Assembly: GCA_964019335.1 (NCBI GenBank)
Contig: OZ025667.1
Coordinates: forward strand, 558,001-622,000
Length of the DNA: 64,000 bases
Reading direction: 5' to 3'
Source: Diplonema japonicum
Taxonomy: Eukaryota > Protista > Euglenozoa: Diplonemea
The notes under the pieces were generated by a model that had not been told where the DNA came from, did not search any database, and was given only the letters and a program-made list of their open reading frames with translations. Positions within the stretch are counted from its first letter, which is position 1; each line of letters starts with the position of its first letter. Below, one piece after another: positions 53,608 to 63,570 of this stretch. The position numbers and the translations under genes are program-made.

Positions 53608-56600
53608 CTGACATATGATAAACGACCCCCAACCCCGCCGAACGGCCAACACCCTAACCTAAACAATTTCATCAATCACAATTATAATCATCACCACACG
53701 ACCACCCGGCCCCGGTCGAAGCACGACCCGAGGTTGCTCTCCGACAGAGAATCGAAGCAACTGGTCGAGGATGGGGTGGAGCCAAACCCGGGACCCGGAC
53801 CGGCGAACGACGAGTTGGAGAGACGCGGAACAGACGAGCTCACCCTATTCACGCACAATGGCGCGGCCCTAAACAACAGGCTGGGTGAATATGCTGGAGT
53901 CCTCCCAGACGTCTTCTGCATCCAGGAGACGGCGCTCACAGCCCAGACACAGCTGGAAGTGGAACGCGTGCTCAGAGATGACGAATGGGGCAGGCAGTAC
54001 ACCAGATTCTGGGGGAAACCGCAGCCAGGCAGGAAGGCAAACGAGATCTCGTCGCTAACAATCGCCAAACGGGGAGGGCTGGGAACCCTGGTGAAGAGAC
54101 CCCGAACGGCGATAAAATGCGAGACTCCAGGACCCCACAAGGACAGATGGACTCATGTGAAGATTTCCCTGGATGCAGGAAAAAGGTGGCTTCATGTGAT
54201 CAACGTGTACTGCCACTCAGGGCAGGACCCGGTAATGAAGAACGCCAGGGAGGAACTACTACACCACATCCTGCAACGCGTGAGGTTCGATCTGGGAGAG
54301 GTACCAGTTGCGGTGGTCGGAGACTTCAACACTGACGAGGAACGATCACCGACGCTGAGAAGGGCACTCCAGAGAGACTGGGTGGATGCAGCTGAGTTCT
54401 GTGCCAAGAAGAGAGGACAGGAGCCGGAGAACACCTTCGTCAGGTCCAATTGCGGCACGAGGATCGACCGGATCCTGTTGAACAACATCGCGGCTCAAGG
54501 ACTGATACACTGCGGGATAACGGAGGAGGTGCTCGGATCAGACCATCGCTGCCTGTCACTAAAGCTTAACATCCCAGCATATCGACAACTCGTCATGAGG
54601 TACAACATACCACAAGAGATCCCGAAGACGAAGAAGGCACCGCCGGGGACCGCAGTGAACCTCATGGACAACTCCAACTTCCGGAAACTGATAGAAGAAG
54701 GCAAGACGACAGACGCTTTCTCGGTAATCTCAGGCATAGCGGAGAAATACCTGCTGCACAACTACGGTGGACCTCAGCGAGGGATGTTTGTAGGGAGAGG
54801 GAACATCCGCAAACCGGTGCTGACAGAACTAAGTGCGAGGTCGTCGACCCAGGCTGGAGGGGCAATCCCGACGAGACAGATGCAACTGGAGAAACTCAAA
54901 AAGAAGATCGGGATCGCCAAAGAAAGGATGCATGCTCAGCTGGAGGAGGGATACCATGGCCCACTGCCGACGGAAACGAGGAACATCCTTAAGAACATCT
55001 CGCAACTGGGGGCGGCGCTCAAGGTGGAATACTGCCAGATAGATGCGACAGAGGGTTTCGATGCAATCTGGGAGAACCTAGACATAGCGGGGGACTTCGT
55101 CGAGGGGGAGAGATCCGAACTCATCGCCCACCGGAAAGAGTGCCAGAAAAAAGCTTACGAGCGGTCCATACGCGCAGACTTTGGGGACGAGCGAAAGCAC
55201 ATCACAGCGTGGGTGAAGGACAGCCCGGAACAGAAAACGGAAGCAGTGAGCACGGAGGAGGGAGTGACGGCAAACCTGCGGGAAATGGACGCGGTGATGC
55301 GAAAGGCGTGGTCAGCGATTTTCTGTGCACGGGAACCAAAGGATGAGCCACAATTCGAAACGTTCAGAAAGAAATACGCAAACTTCATCGGGGAAAAACC
55401 AATGCCGCAGAGCGCGATAGACGCTGACCTCCTGAAAGAGGTAATCAGGAAAAAGCCTGACAAAGGAGCGTGCGGAGTGGATGGATGGCGCATCAGCGAG
55501 CTGAAGCGACTGCCGAAGCCCATCCTCAGCGGATTCGCGGATCTCTTCAACCTCGTTGAGAGAACAGGACAATGGCCGGAGCAGATCACAACAGCCCTGG
55601 TAACGCTCACACCGAAAGGGGAGGGGTCGGCACCCCTAAACCACCGGCCAATCACGGTGACCAGCACCATCTACCGGCTGTGGGCAAGCGCGAGACTGAA
55701 GCAGGTGCTAGGCTGGCAAGAGCGGTGGATCACGCCAAATCAGCACGGATTCAGGCCTAAGCACAGCACGACTTCAGCTCTGATGGAACTCTGTACAAAG
55801 TTGGAACTAGCACTAGTCGAGGGAGAACCACTCCAAGGAATAGCCCTTGACTTCAGCAAGTGCTTCGACATGGTACCGCAGAGACTATCACTGGACCTGA
55901 TGAGTGCAATGGGCCTGGCAGAACCAATAAGGAGAGCACTCCAAGGGATGTACAACCAGATTTCAAGGAGGTTTAAGTTCCCGATTGGAGTGGGCGACCC
56001 GTTCGAGGCAACCAACGGCATCCTCCAGGGCTGCCCATTGTCGGTGATCATCATCAACGCGCTGCTTTCTGTGATGATCAAGACGATGGAGGCAGCGGGG
56101 GTGGACGTTGTAGCCTACGCGGACGATGCATACCTCCTGGCGAAGCTCCGCTCGATTCTGCAGGCAGGGATAGATGGCGCACTGGAGTTCTGCACCCTAA
56201 CAGACATGAAGCTGAACGACACAAAGACCGTTGCCTTCGGCACGGCTAGAGGGTTCAAATCCGAGGTCTTGGGGAACAGAAAGGAGAGCCGGAAGGGCGT
56301 TGAGGTCACAGTGCCGTACAAAACGGTAAAGAGCCTGAAGGCACTCGGGGTGCAGCTGAGCATGGAAGCAGGAACGACATGGAACGCCCCATCGACCAAA
56401 GCATTCGGGTCCCTGGATAGACTGGGGAACACGAACCTGGCCTTCGAAACCAAAGCGCACTTTGTGAGCTCGTCGATACTGCCCTCCTGCCTATACGCGA
56501 GCCCCTTCTCACCGCCGAATAAGGAAACGATCAAGAAATTGACGACGAGGATCACAGTATGCCTATGGGGCCCCCACCACCGTGGCCGCTCGCCCATTGC

Positions 56601-57960
56601 TGTGAATGCAGTCCTGCTGAAGGGACACACCAACGACCCTACCTCATTAGTGGCGTACCGGTCCCTCAAAATGATATCCGAGGGCATGGAAAAGGAAGGA
56701 CTGCGACAAAGGTTGCAGAAAATAGCAGAACGCTACGTGGAAGGGGGGGCGCCAAGAGGTCCGGTTGGGAACCTGATGAAAAGATGGCTGCCGTACATCG
56801 GATGGAGCTGGAGCCGATTGACGGACTGCAAGAACATGGGATGGCCAGAAAGAGGACACGTCTTCAGGGAAGCTGTGAGGAAGGCCCGGTGCGGGGACCT
56901 CACGAAGGAAAGGAGCACGGTACGAGGACTCGAGGCTGGGGCTGACCCTGAAACGAATAGGCTGTGGAAGGAGGAGAGGGATCCGGTGGTAGCCTACCAG
57001 ATCAGGAGGATCATAGCAGGAGCAGTCCCCTACATAAGCCCACACGCCAGTGCGGGACCGAAAACCGTTCCGCTCGACCCGGCAAGTGAGGAAGAGGAAC
57101 CGGACAATGATGACTTGAAAAGAGAGGACGGGAGACCACCCGGAGAGACAATGCTTCCTCAGAATTATAGATGCGACATATGCACAGCAGTACACCAGAA
57201 CACAGTGACGCTGCTACGGCACCAGCTGTACGAATGCCCACTTGCGCTGGGAGAGCTGGCGAGGGACGGGTTGGAACCGCTACGCGACAGGTCGGGCTGG
57301 CCTCTCTGCCTGGAACTGCACGGGATCTTGCCGAGGGGGCACGGATTTGCACACCTGGAGAGGTTGCAGAGGTACCTGGCGATGATAGTAGCAAAACGAG
57401 ATGAAGAACTGATCCAAGTGGAGGATTTTGGAGGAGAACTGCCGTGGGAACGGAAAGTGGTAGGAGTAAAGCACTTGACGCCGACGTTGGAACAGCTCGG
57501 GACGACAAGTGGGATACTGCGGATGTACGCGGAGTCGCTGTTGAAATGGATGTCGGAGCTAAGATGGGTTAAAGAAGACACGACGTCGGAGGTGACGGCG
57601 GTGGAGTTAGCCCTAGACTTCGAAGCGACGACACGAAGATCGCTGGGAATGACGCAGGATGAAAAGGCGCGAAGGATCAAGAAACTGATCCAAAAGGTGA
57701 ACGACAGGTGCGCATTACAAGGAAGGAAAAGGCCTTTCCCGGCGAAGAACAAAACGAGAGTGAAGTCCCTCATGGCAATAGGAGGGAAGGCGGCGATAGG
57801 CTTTGCAAGGAGACCGATCTTCGCCTCACGAGAAACCCAGGACAGGCTAAGAGAGCTGAAGACCAACCTGAAGAAGGACCGCATCAACCGTCTGCGAAAG
57901 ACACTGGTATCCGCCATCGGAACGAAAGCGAGGCTCCAAAAGGGAAGCATCAAGAGATAG
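53608..57960 (+). CDS. Retrotransposon ORF2: 2A-like peptide, APE endonuclease, reverse transcriptase, zinc knuckle (no initiating ATG)
   Basis: GVEPNPGP; EN motifs THN, IQET, GDFN, RIDRI, SDH; RT motifs QHGFR, LDFSKCFD, GILQGCPLS, YADD; CDIC...HQLYEC. The frame is open from directly after the ORF1 stop. Confidence 0.95.
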   Translation: MTYDKRPPTPPNGQHPNLNNFINHNYNHHHTTTRPRSKHDPRLLSDRESKQLVEDGVEPNPGPGPANDELERRGTDELTLFTHNGAALNNRLGEYAGVLPDVFCIQETALTAQTQLEVERVLRDDEWGRQYTRFWGKPQPGRKANEISSLTIAKRGGLGTLVKRPRTAIKCETPGPHKDRWTHVKISLDAGKRWLHVINVYCHSGQDPVMKNAREELLHHILQRVRFDLGEVPVAVVGDFNTDEERSPTLRRALQRDWVDAAEFCAKKRGQEPENTFVRSNCGTRIDRILLNNIAAQGLIHCGITEEVLGSDHRCLSLKLNIPAYRQLVMRYNIPQEIPKTKKAPPGTAVNLMDNSNFRKLIEEGKTTDAFSVISGIAEKYLLHNYGGPQRGMFVGRGNIRKPVLTELSARSSTQAGGAIPTRQMQLEKLKKKIGIAKERMHAQLEEGYHGPLPTETRNILKNISQLGAALKVEYCQIDATEGFDAIWENLDIAGDFVEGERSELIAHRKECQKKAYERSIRADFGDERKHITAWVKDSPEQKTEAVSTEEGVTANLREMDAVMRKAWSAIFCAREPKDEPQFETFRKKYANFIGEKPMPQSAIDADLLKEVIRKKPDKGACGVDGWRISELKRLPKPILSGFADLFNLVERTGQWPEQITTALVTLTPKGEGSAPLNHRPITVTSTIYRLWASARLKQVLGWQERWITPNQHGFRPKHSTTSALMELCTKLELALVEGEPLQGIALDFSKCFDMVPQRLSLDLMSAMGLAEPIRRALQGMYNQISRRFKFPIGVGDPFEATNGILQGCPLSVIIINALLSVMIKTMEAAGVDVVAYADDAYLLAKLRSILQAGIDGALEFCTLTDMKLNDTKTVAFGTARGFKSEVLGNRKESRKGVEVTVPYKTVKSLKALGVQLSMEAGTTWNAPSTKAFGSLDRLGNTNLAFETKAHFVSSSILPSCLYASPFSPPNKETIKKLTTRITVCLWGPHHRGRSPIAVNAVLLKGHTNDPTSLVAYRSLKMISEGMEKEGLRQRLQKIAERYVEGGAPRGPVGNLMKRWLPYIGWSWSRLTDCKNMGWPERGHVFREAVRKARCGDLTKERSTVRGLEAGADPETNRLWKEERDPVVAYQIRRIIAGAVPYISPHASAGPKTVPLDPASEEEEPDNDDLKREDGRPPGETMLPQNYRCDICTAVHQNTVTLLRHQLYECPLALGELARDGLEPLRDRSGWPLCLELHGILPRGHGFAHLERLQRYLAMIVAKRDEELIQVEDFGGELPWERKVVGVKHLTPTLEQLGTTSGILRMYAESLLKWMSELRWVKEDTTSEVTAVELALDFEATTRRSLGMTQDEKARRIKKLIQKVNDRCALQGRKRPFPAKNKTRVKSLMAIGGKAAIGFARRPIFASRETQDRLRELKTNLKKDRINRLRKTLVSAIGTKARLQKGSIKR

Positions 57961-58075
57961 ACCCCCACCCCCCCCTAAGGGTGGTCCTCGAGTGGGATTT
58001 GCCCTTAAACATCGCCTTTTTTTTCTACTTTACTTTTGGGAAATCAAAAAGGAGGGAGGGAGTGGGGGGAGTGAA

Positions 58076-58474
58076 ATGGAAGAAAATCGAAGAAAGCGCG
58101 CCTTCGGTTCTGCGTGGGCAGCAGGAGCGACAGAGAGTGGCGACTGCATCTATTTCTTGAGTGGTTACTGTGCGCTAAAAGATGACTGCCCACATAAACA
58201 CGGTCCCGAGGACGCGGATGAGGAAGGGATAAGCGAAGAAGTACCCGTGCCCCCAGCGAAAAAAATAAAATTGGTTTCTACGAAGGTTACTGACAAAAGG
58301 GTCGTCCGAAAAATACGGGAAACTGAGTGCGCGATATGCCTCTCTACTCTATCGAAACCAAAGCTGAACCCCATTGTGAAACTGCAGAAGTGTAAACATT
58401 ATTTCCACCACACTTGTCTCTCCGAGTGGCTGGGTTTCGGTGATGTTTGCCCTCTCTGCACTGTGGATTTGTGA
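58076..58474 (+). CDS. CCCH zinc finger + RING-H2 protein
   Basis: CIYFLSGYCALKDDCPHKH; CAIC...CKHYFHHTCLSEW...CPLC; ATG at 58076. Confidence 0.88.
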   Translation: MEENRRKRAFGSAWAAGATESGDCIYFLSGYCALKDDCPHKHGPEDADEEGISEEVPVPPAKKIKLVSTKVTDKRVVRKIRETECAICLSTLSKPKLNPIVKLQKCKHYFHHTCLSEWLGFGDVCPLCTVDL

Positions 58475-58844
58475 ATAGAAAAAAATGACCAGTTCCCTCC
58501 CCTCCCCCCCCTTTTTTTTCTTGCCCACTTTTTTTTTGTGAGAAAAAAAAAACCAATCTTGCTTCTGAAGAAAACCGAAAAGAAAGAAAAAAAAAGAAAA
58601 TACACACATTTTTAATAAAAAAAAAAAGAAGAAAGTTCTAAAAAAGAAGAAATAAAAAAGAACCCCCCCCCCCTGCCTCTTTGAGAGAAGAGAAATAAAT
58701 GAACATGTCAATGTGGTGGTCGTGGACCCTTTATAGGTTGTTCTCATCTTCCTTTTTCTTTTCTTTTCCCCCCACTTCTTTGTAATCCAAATTTTTAAAG
58801 TAAAAAAAAAAAGTAAAAGAAAAAAAGAATTAAAAAGAAAAAAA

Positions 58845-60185
58845 ATGGATGCAACAGAGATAAAACAAGCAGGGAAAGAATGGAGAAACAGCCGCCACGG
58901 GGTTTTAAATTATCACCCTGGTTATGAAGTGCTCGAGGTGCTGGAGGTGCTGCCGGTGGTGTGGGACAAAGGAACGCATCCCTCCATCAAAATCGAGATC
59001 AAAAACCTGGACTTTGTCTTCCGTGGTGAGGGGGAGGTTCACCTTGCACCCGCCGTGGGCGGTCGATGTGTTCAATGGTGCACAGACTGCGTTGTAGCTG
59101 TAAATGGAGCACAAAAACCATACGCGCCCGCTGGTGGCTGCAACTGGAACGTCAAAGTACCTCTCAACACAAAGATCACCTCTGTCCACTACGTCGATAG
59201 AGCTCATGCAACAAGGGTCCCCCACGACCCTGTCCCGCCTGTCCAGCACATTATATTCTTCAGATGTTCTCCTTTAAAACCAGATTCTGAAGTACTATCT
59301 TCTTTCTCGCCAACAATACCCCGCGCTACATTCGCCCCTTCAGGAGATACGGATGTGTTGTCCATCGATGAATTTCTCAAATCTGTGGATCCGGTCTCGC
59401 TTCAGCTTATCAAAATCCCAGTCCGTCCGTCTTCCCACGAACACGCGCAGTGCCTTGACCTCGGTGTGATAGTCTCATCGTTTTCACAAGCATCCACGTC
59501 AGGGTTGGCATGTTTTGTATGTCAGGAAAAATACGATCTTCAGGACTTGATAATCGACAACACGTTCTGGAACTGGATGAAGGCGATGAAGCAGGCGGGG
59601 TTGATGAAGCAAGCTGGGAGAGGTTACTCCATCAAAACGGATTTGTACAGAAAATTCGACGTCACGGCGGATGCTAGCCTGTTGTTGCAGTCTGGGGGAG
59701 AGGATTTGAAGAAAAAAGAAATTGTTGAGGAAATCCTCGACGACTCTGATGCAGAGTCGGAGCCCTTGGAGGTCGCGAAGAAGCAAAAGGTAGAACTCAC
59801 CGCATACAACGCCCCCCGGTCTGACCGTGCCACCATGTCCTCGTCATCTCGAAAAGACAGAGTTCTTCGTGTGGGGAAGGTGATCGCTACGCTTGCGCCA
59901 AACCCAGCAGGGCAGTCGAAACCAAACCTTTTCTGGCTTGGGATGGTGTCATCGATCACCCCCCCCGACCCATCAGGTGTTGCTTTGCTGAAATTGTGCG
60001 AGCTGACTGCCACCCCGCACCCCACTCATCCTTATTTCACCGCCACCACAACCGAATGGAAAGAACACTCTTCATCGACCGCTCCGGTCGAAGGAAGATG
60101 GGTCGCCATTGGAAAGTCAAAAGGGTTTGAACTGCATGAAGGCGAAACGGCAAGGCTCAAACAAATACCGCTGGATCTCAGTTAG
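58845..60185 (+). CDS. SP-RING (MIZ) zinc-finger-like protein
   Basis: DPVSLQLIKIPVRPSSHEHAQCLDL...CFVC...DLIID matches SP-RING spacing. Confidence 0.75.
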   Translation: MDATEIKQAGKEWRNSRHGVLNYHPGYEVLEVLEVLPVVWDKGTHPSIKIEIKNLDFVFRGEGEVHLAPAVGGRCVQWCTDCVVAVNGAQKPYAPAGGCNWNVKVPLNTKITSVHYVDRAHATRVPHDPVPPVQHIIFFRCSPLKPDSEVLSSFSPTIPRATFAPSGDTDVLSIDEFLKSVDPVSLQLIKIPVRPSSHEHAQCLDLGVIVSSFSQASTSGLACFVCQEKYDLQDLIIDNTFWNWMKAMKQAGLMKQAGRGYSIKTDLYRKFDVTADASLLLQSGGEDLKKKEIVEEILDDSDAESEPLEVAKKQKVELTAYNAPRSDRATMSSSSRKDRVLRVGKVIATLAPNPAGQSKPNLFWLGMVSSITPPDPSGVALLKLCELTATPHPTHPYFTATTTEWKEHSSSTAPVEGRWVAIGKSKGFELHEGETARLKQIPLDLS

Positions 60186-60285
60186 ATTTTTTTTATTTTA
60201 TTTATATTATTATAATCTTTCTCCTTTCCCCTTGCCCACTGCCATTTACTACGAAGGGGAAAAAAAAAAGGAAAAAAAACCCAAA

Positions 60286-61092
60286 ATGGCATTAGATGCG
60301 GCATTAAGCCTGCTTAAATGCATGCCGGTGTCAAAACTTGGTGAATCCCTGACGGGGGTTTGCAAACTGCAGCCAGATCTCATCGAGGATCTGCTTGAGG
60401 AGGTCGACCAACCTTTGAAACTGAAAACATGCAACTGCTGCGGAAACGAGTACATCATCTGCGACCACAACAGGGACGGGGACTCGTTCAGAAGCCCGTG
60501 GAACAACAAGTACCAACCGGAGAACGAGGAAGGCATCCTCCCCAGCGGTCGCCTCCGCACCATGGAGGTCGCACTCAACTCCCTGTTTAAAAGCTACGCT
60601 CATTCCTACTACGACCTCGCAGTGACCTCTGTCTACCTATGGGACTTGGATACTGGTTTTGCAGGCGCGGTACTTATCAAAAAGGATGTCACGAACATGG
60701 AAGGGATCGAGCAGGGTGGGTGGGACTCCATCCATGTTCTGGAGGCTGAGGAAGACGACGCGAACACCTTTACTTACACATTAACCACTACTATCATGCT
60801 TCACCTTAAAGGTGAGAATGCTGGGACGAAGCTGAGAATGTCTGGGTCGCTGACGACACAAAACGAGACAGAGGAACGGGTTACTAACGATGAGGAGCAC
60901 ATTCGACACATCGGAGAACTCGTCCAAAACACCGAAAACAAAATCCGCAACACGATCGACCAGGTCTACTTCGGCAAAGCCATGGAGGTTACAGGCGAAG
61001 TGCGCAGCAAAGCATCGTTGAAGGCCCTCGCCGCGCAGGCAGGCATGGCCGAGGCGCTCGCTGCCAGGTTCGCTCAAATGAACAAGAACTGA
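60286..61092 (+). CDS. CAPZB: F-actin capping protein beta subunit
   Basis: VDQPLK, CDHNRDGDSFRSPWNNKY, SVYLWDLD, WDSIHV, VYFGK; ATG at 60286. Confidence 0.96.
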   Translation: MALDAALSLLKCMPVSKLGESLTGVCKLQPDLIEDLLEEVDQPLKLKTCNCCGNEYIICDHNRDGDSFRSPWNNKYQPENEEGILPSGRLRTMEVALNSLFKSYAHSYYDLAVTSVYLWDLDTGFAGAVLIKKDVTNMEGIEQGGWDSIHVLEAEEDDANTFTYTLTTTIMLHLKGENAGTKLRMSGSLTTQNETEERVTNDEEHIRHIGELVQNTENKIRNTIDQVYFGKAMEVTGEVRSKASLKALAAQAGMAEALAARFAQMNKN

Positions 61093-61125
61093 TATTCCCC
61101 TCCTTATTTTCTTTCCTTCTTTCCC

Positions 61126-61159
<34 letters not shown>

Positions 61160-61313
61160 GTCCGTGTGCACAAAACAATTTGTTTCCCCCCCTCCCGCTC
61201 CCCTCCCCTCTTGTTAGTGTTTCTGAATTATTTCTGTCTTATCCTCGAAAAGTTATGTTTTTTTCTTCTTTTCCATAGGGAGTGAAAAAAAGAAGGGAAA
61301 AAAAAAAAAAAAA

Positions 61314-62057
61314 ATGCAATCCTTGTGGAATCGTGACACGGGTACACCACGTTCTGGGAAGCGGCAGTCGCACTGCGGGGGGAACACCGTGAGCGTGAAC
61401 TCGCTTGGCGTGAGCAGAGAAAGGGGCCCCTTAATGTGCCAGGGACGAACAGGAAAGATCGATGAAAGAATGGGAACAAAAGAAATGATCGTGGCCCCTA
61501 CCGCAGGGAAAAAGAAAATGGTGGAGAGGGAGAGGAGAGAGGCGGTGACGCCGTCCAGAAGACAGGGCGGAGGGATGCTCGGGGCCACAGAGAGCGGCGA
61601 GATCTACAAGGTAATGGCAAGAGACGCAAGGAACCATACAAATTACAAGCCCGAAAAGCGTGTGCTGCAAACCGAGTACAACATGCCCACGAGAGGAGGC
61701 GACCCCGTGTCGTCCCGTCTTGATGGGCTCAGGCAGTTTGTGGTATCACCCGAAGCTCAAAGAAAACATTTCCAAGACTCAACAAGAGTGGGGATGCTCG
61801 CGAGTAGCCCTGCTGCCTCTGCTTCTTATAACCACCAGACACGTCTAGCCCGCTCTGTCGGCCCCAGACACCGCCCTCAGAATGCTTCTTCTCCTTTTGT
61901 GCCCTCTGCAGGTAGCTTCACCCCCCGTGGAACGTGCACCGGCTCCAAACGAATCTTCGCACCACGCGACACTGCCGGGCCCGTCATTTCAGGCACCCAC
62001 GCCGCTCCGAAGAATGCGAAACTCGCTTCCAAAATTGGGTCCACTGCTTGGGGATGA
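61314..62057 (+). CDS. Hypothetical protein (247 aa)
   Basis: ATG ORF between homopolymer tracts. Confidence 0.65.
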   Translation: MQSLWNRDTGTPRSGKRQSHCGGNTVSVNSLGVSRERGPLMCQGRTGKIDERMGTKEMIVAPTAGKKKMVERERREAVTPSRRQGGGMLGATESGEIYKVMARDARNHTNYKPEKRVLQTEYNMPTRGGDPVSSRLDGLRQFVVSPEAQRKHFQDSTRVGMLASSPAASASYNHQTRLARSVGPRHRPQNASSPFVPSAGSFTPRGTCTGSKRIFAPRDTAGPVISGTHAAPKNAKLASKIGSTAWG

Positions 62058-62219
62058 AGCGGAGGGTATCCATTTTTTTCTTTCTTTCTTCCCTTTTCCC
62101 TCTTTCCTGTAATCAAGTAGACAGTGCTTGTGCAAAGCGCCAACGCTGTCCTTCTCGTATGAATATATATATATAAATATATTTCGCTCTTTTCTTAAAT
62201 ATTGTCTTGTACACCTTTG

Positions 62220-62257
<38 letters not shown>

Positions 62258-62350
62258 AAAAAAGAAAAAAAAATTAGTATACCCCTCTTTTTTTTTGTTG
62301 ATATATCCCACATTTTTTAAGCAAATAAAGGGGGAAAGGTCACCCCTCAT

Positions 62351-63070
62351 ATGGAAGCAACTGTCGATGATGTGGAAGCAGCTGCAACAGGCGTCATATT
62401 CGAAGGACATATCGTGCCATTCGAAGACGTTGGCAACGTGTTTGGGGTAGTGGAGGAGGTGGGGGGTGGGTTACGCGCGGTGGGAGCCACGGTGCAAGGG
62501 CTGGTGGTAGTGGATGTAGTGATGCAGGTTGTGTATGCGATTTGGTTGTGCGCTGTAAACAAAACAAGGGTAGGGGTGGCAAGCCTGGTCTGCCTTGTCT
62601 TCACAGAAGCAAGCATCTTATACTTCTTCAGAGATTACAATAAATTCAGCATTTTGTACAGCAAGCCGCAGCGATTACGCTTGGTTTCGTTTTTGCTGCC
62701 TGTTACCGACTTGGTGGCTTTTCATTCGCTCTGCTGCCCACCTCCTGTCCCCCGATATATATGGTGTACAGTGCTTACCTACAGACATGTGTCGGCAACA
62801 GCGTCGTTTCGTTGTGTTCTGACCGTGCCGCTCTTGGTGTTGCACACGCAGACTGGTTCGCTCCCTTACCTTCTCACCTTAATTCCACACTCTCTGTTGT
62901 ATTTACTTACAGTAGTTTTTCTGATTTTCCTTCGAGGGGGGGTTGCGTTTCCGAGGTTTTTGAACTTCTTCGGGCTGCCCAGTACCCCCTACACTTCTCA
63001 GTCCGTTGTGATGCTATTCATTTACGTGATTGCGGCTTCCGTGGTGCTAGTGTTGATGGAACAGTTGTAA
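62351..63070 (+). CDS. Hypothetical multi-pass membrane protein
   Basis: ATG ORF with several hydrophobic segments. Confidence 0.65.
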   Translation: MEATVDDVEAAATGVIFEGHIVPFEDVGNVFGVVEEVGGGLRAVGATVQGLVVVDVVMQVVYAIWLCAVNKTRVGVASLVCLVFTEASILYFFRDYNKFSILYSKPQRLRLVSFLLPVTDLVAFHSLCCPPPVPRYIWCTVLTYRHVSATASFRCVLTVPLLVLHTQTGSLPYLLTLIPHSLLYLLTVVFLIFLRGGVAFPRFLNFFGLPSTPYTSQSVVMLFIYVIAASVVLVLMEQL

Positions 63071-63169
63071 AATTGATATATATATATATGTTGGGCTGTT
63101 GCTGACCACTTCGTTTCCTATCTTGGTGAATTTTTTTTTTTTTTAACTCCTCTGTCAGAGTCGTGTGAT

Positions 63170-63205
<36 letters not shown>

Positions 63206-63570
63206 TTGAAACAAGTAAAACAAAACTTTGAAAAGCATTGTTATTGCGAAAAAAAAAAAAAAAGAATAGAGGCAGCGTGTCCGTTTACCCCTACTGTTGG
63301 TGAAAAAAACGGCTTTGCACAAACAACTAGCCGACTCTCTCCCCCCCCCCCTCTTTGTGGTGGTGCTTTGAAAGAGTTTTATAGATTTTTCTATTTCTTT
63401 TTTTTTGGAAAAAAAAAAAAAAAAAAGAGGGGTGCTGCCGCTTAACTCCTTTAGGCGTTCGTAATGGTATTGCTGTTTTCTTTTTTTTTTTTTTTTTTGC
63501 TTTGCTTTGTTTCTTTGTTGATTTCAACAAAAAAAAAAGAAGAGAAAAAGGTGAAAAAGAGCAGGGGGAA

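Larger units (their letters stand above)
51137..58016 (+). mobile_element. Apparently full-length, intact APE-type non-LTR retrotransposon
   Basis: SL-like 5' end, purine-rich 5' UTR, ORF1, ORF2 (EN-RT-Zn knuckle), 56-nt 3' UTR with stem-loop, T-runs on both flanks. Confidence 0.95.
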
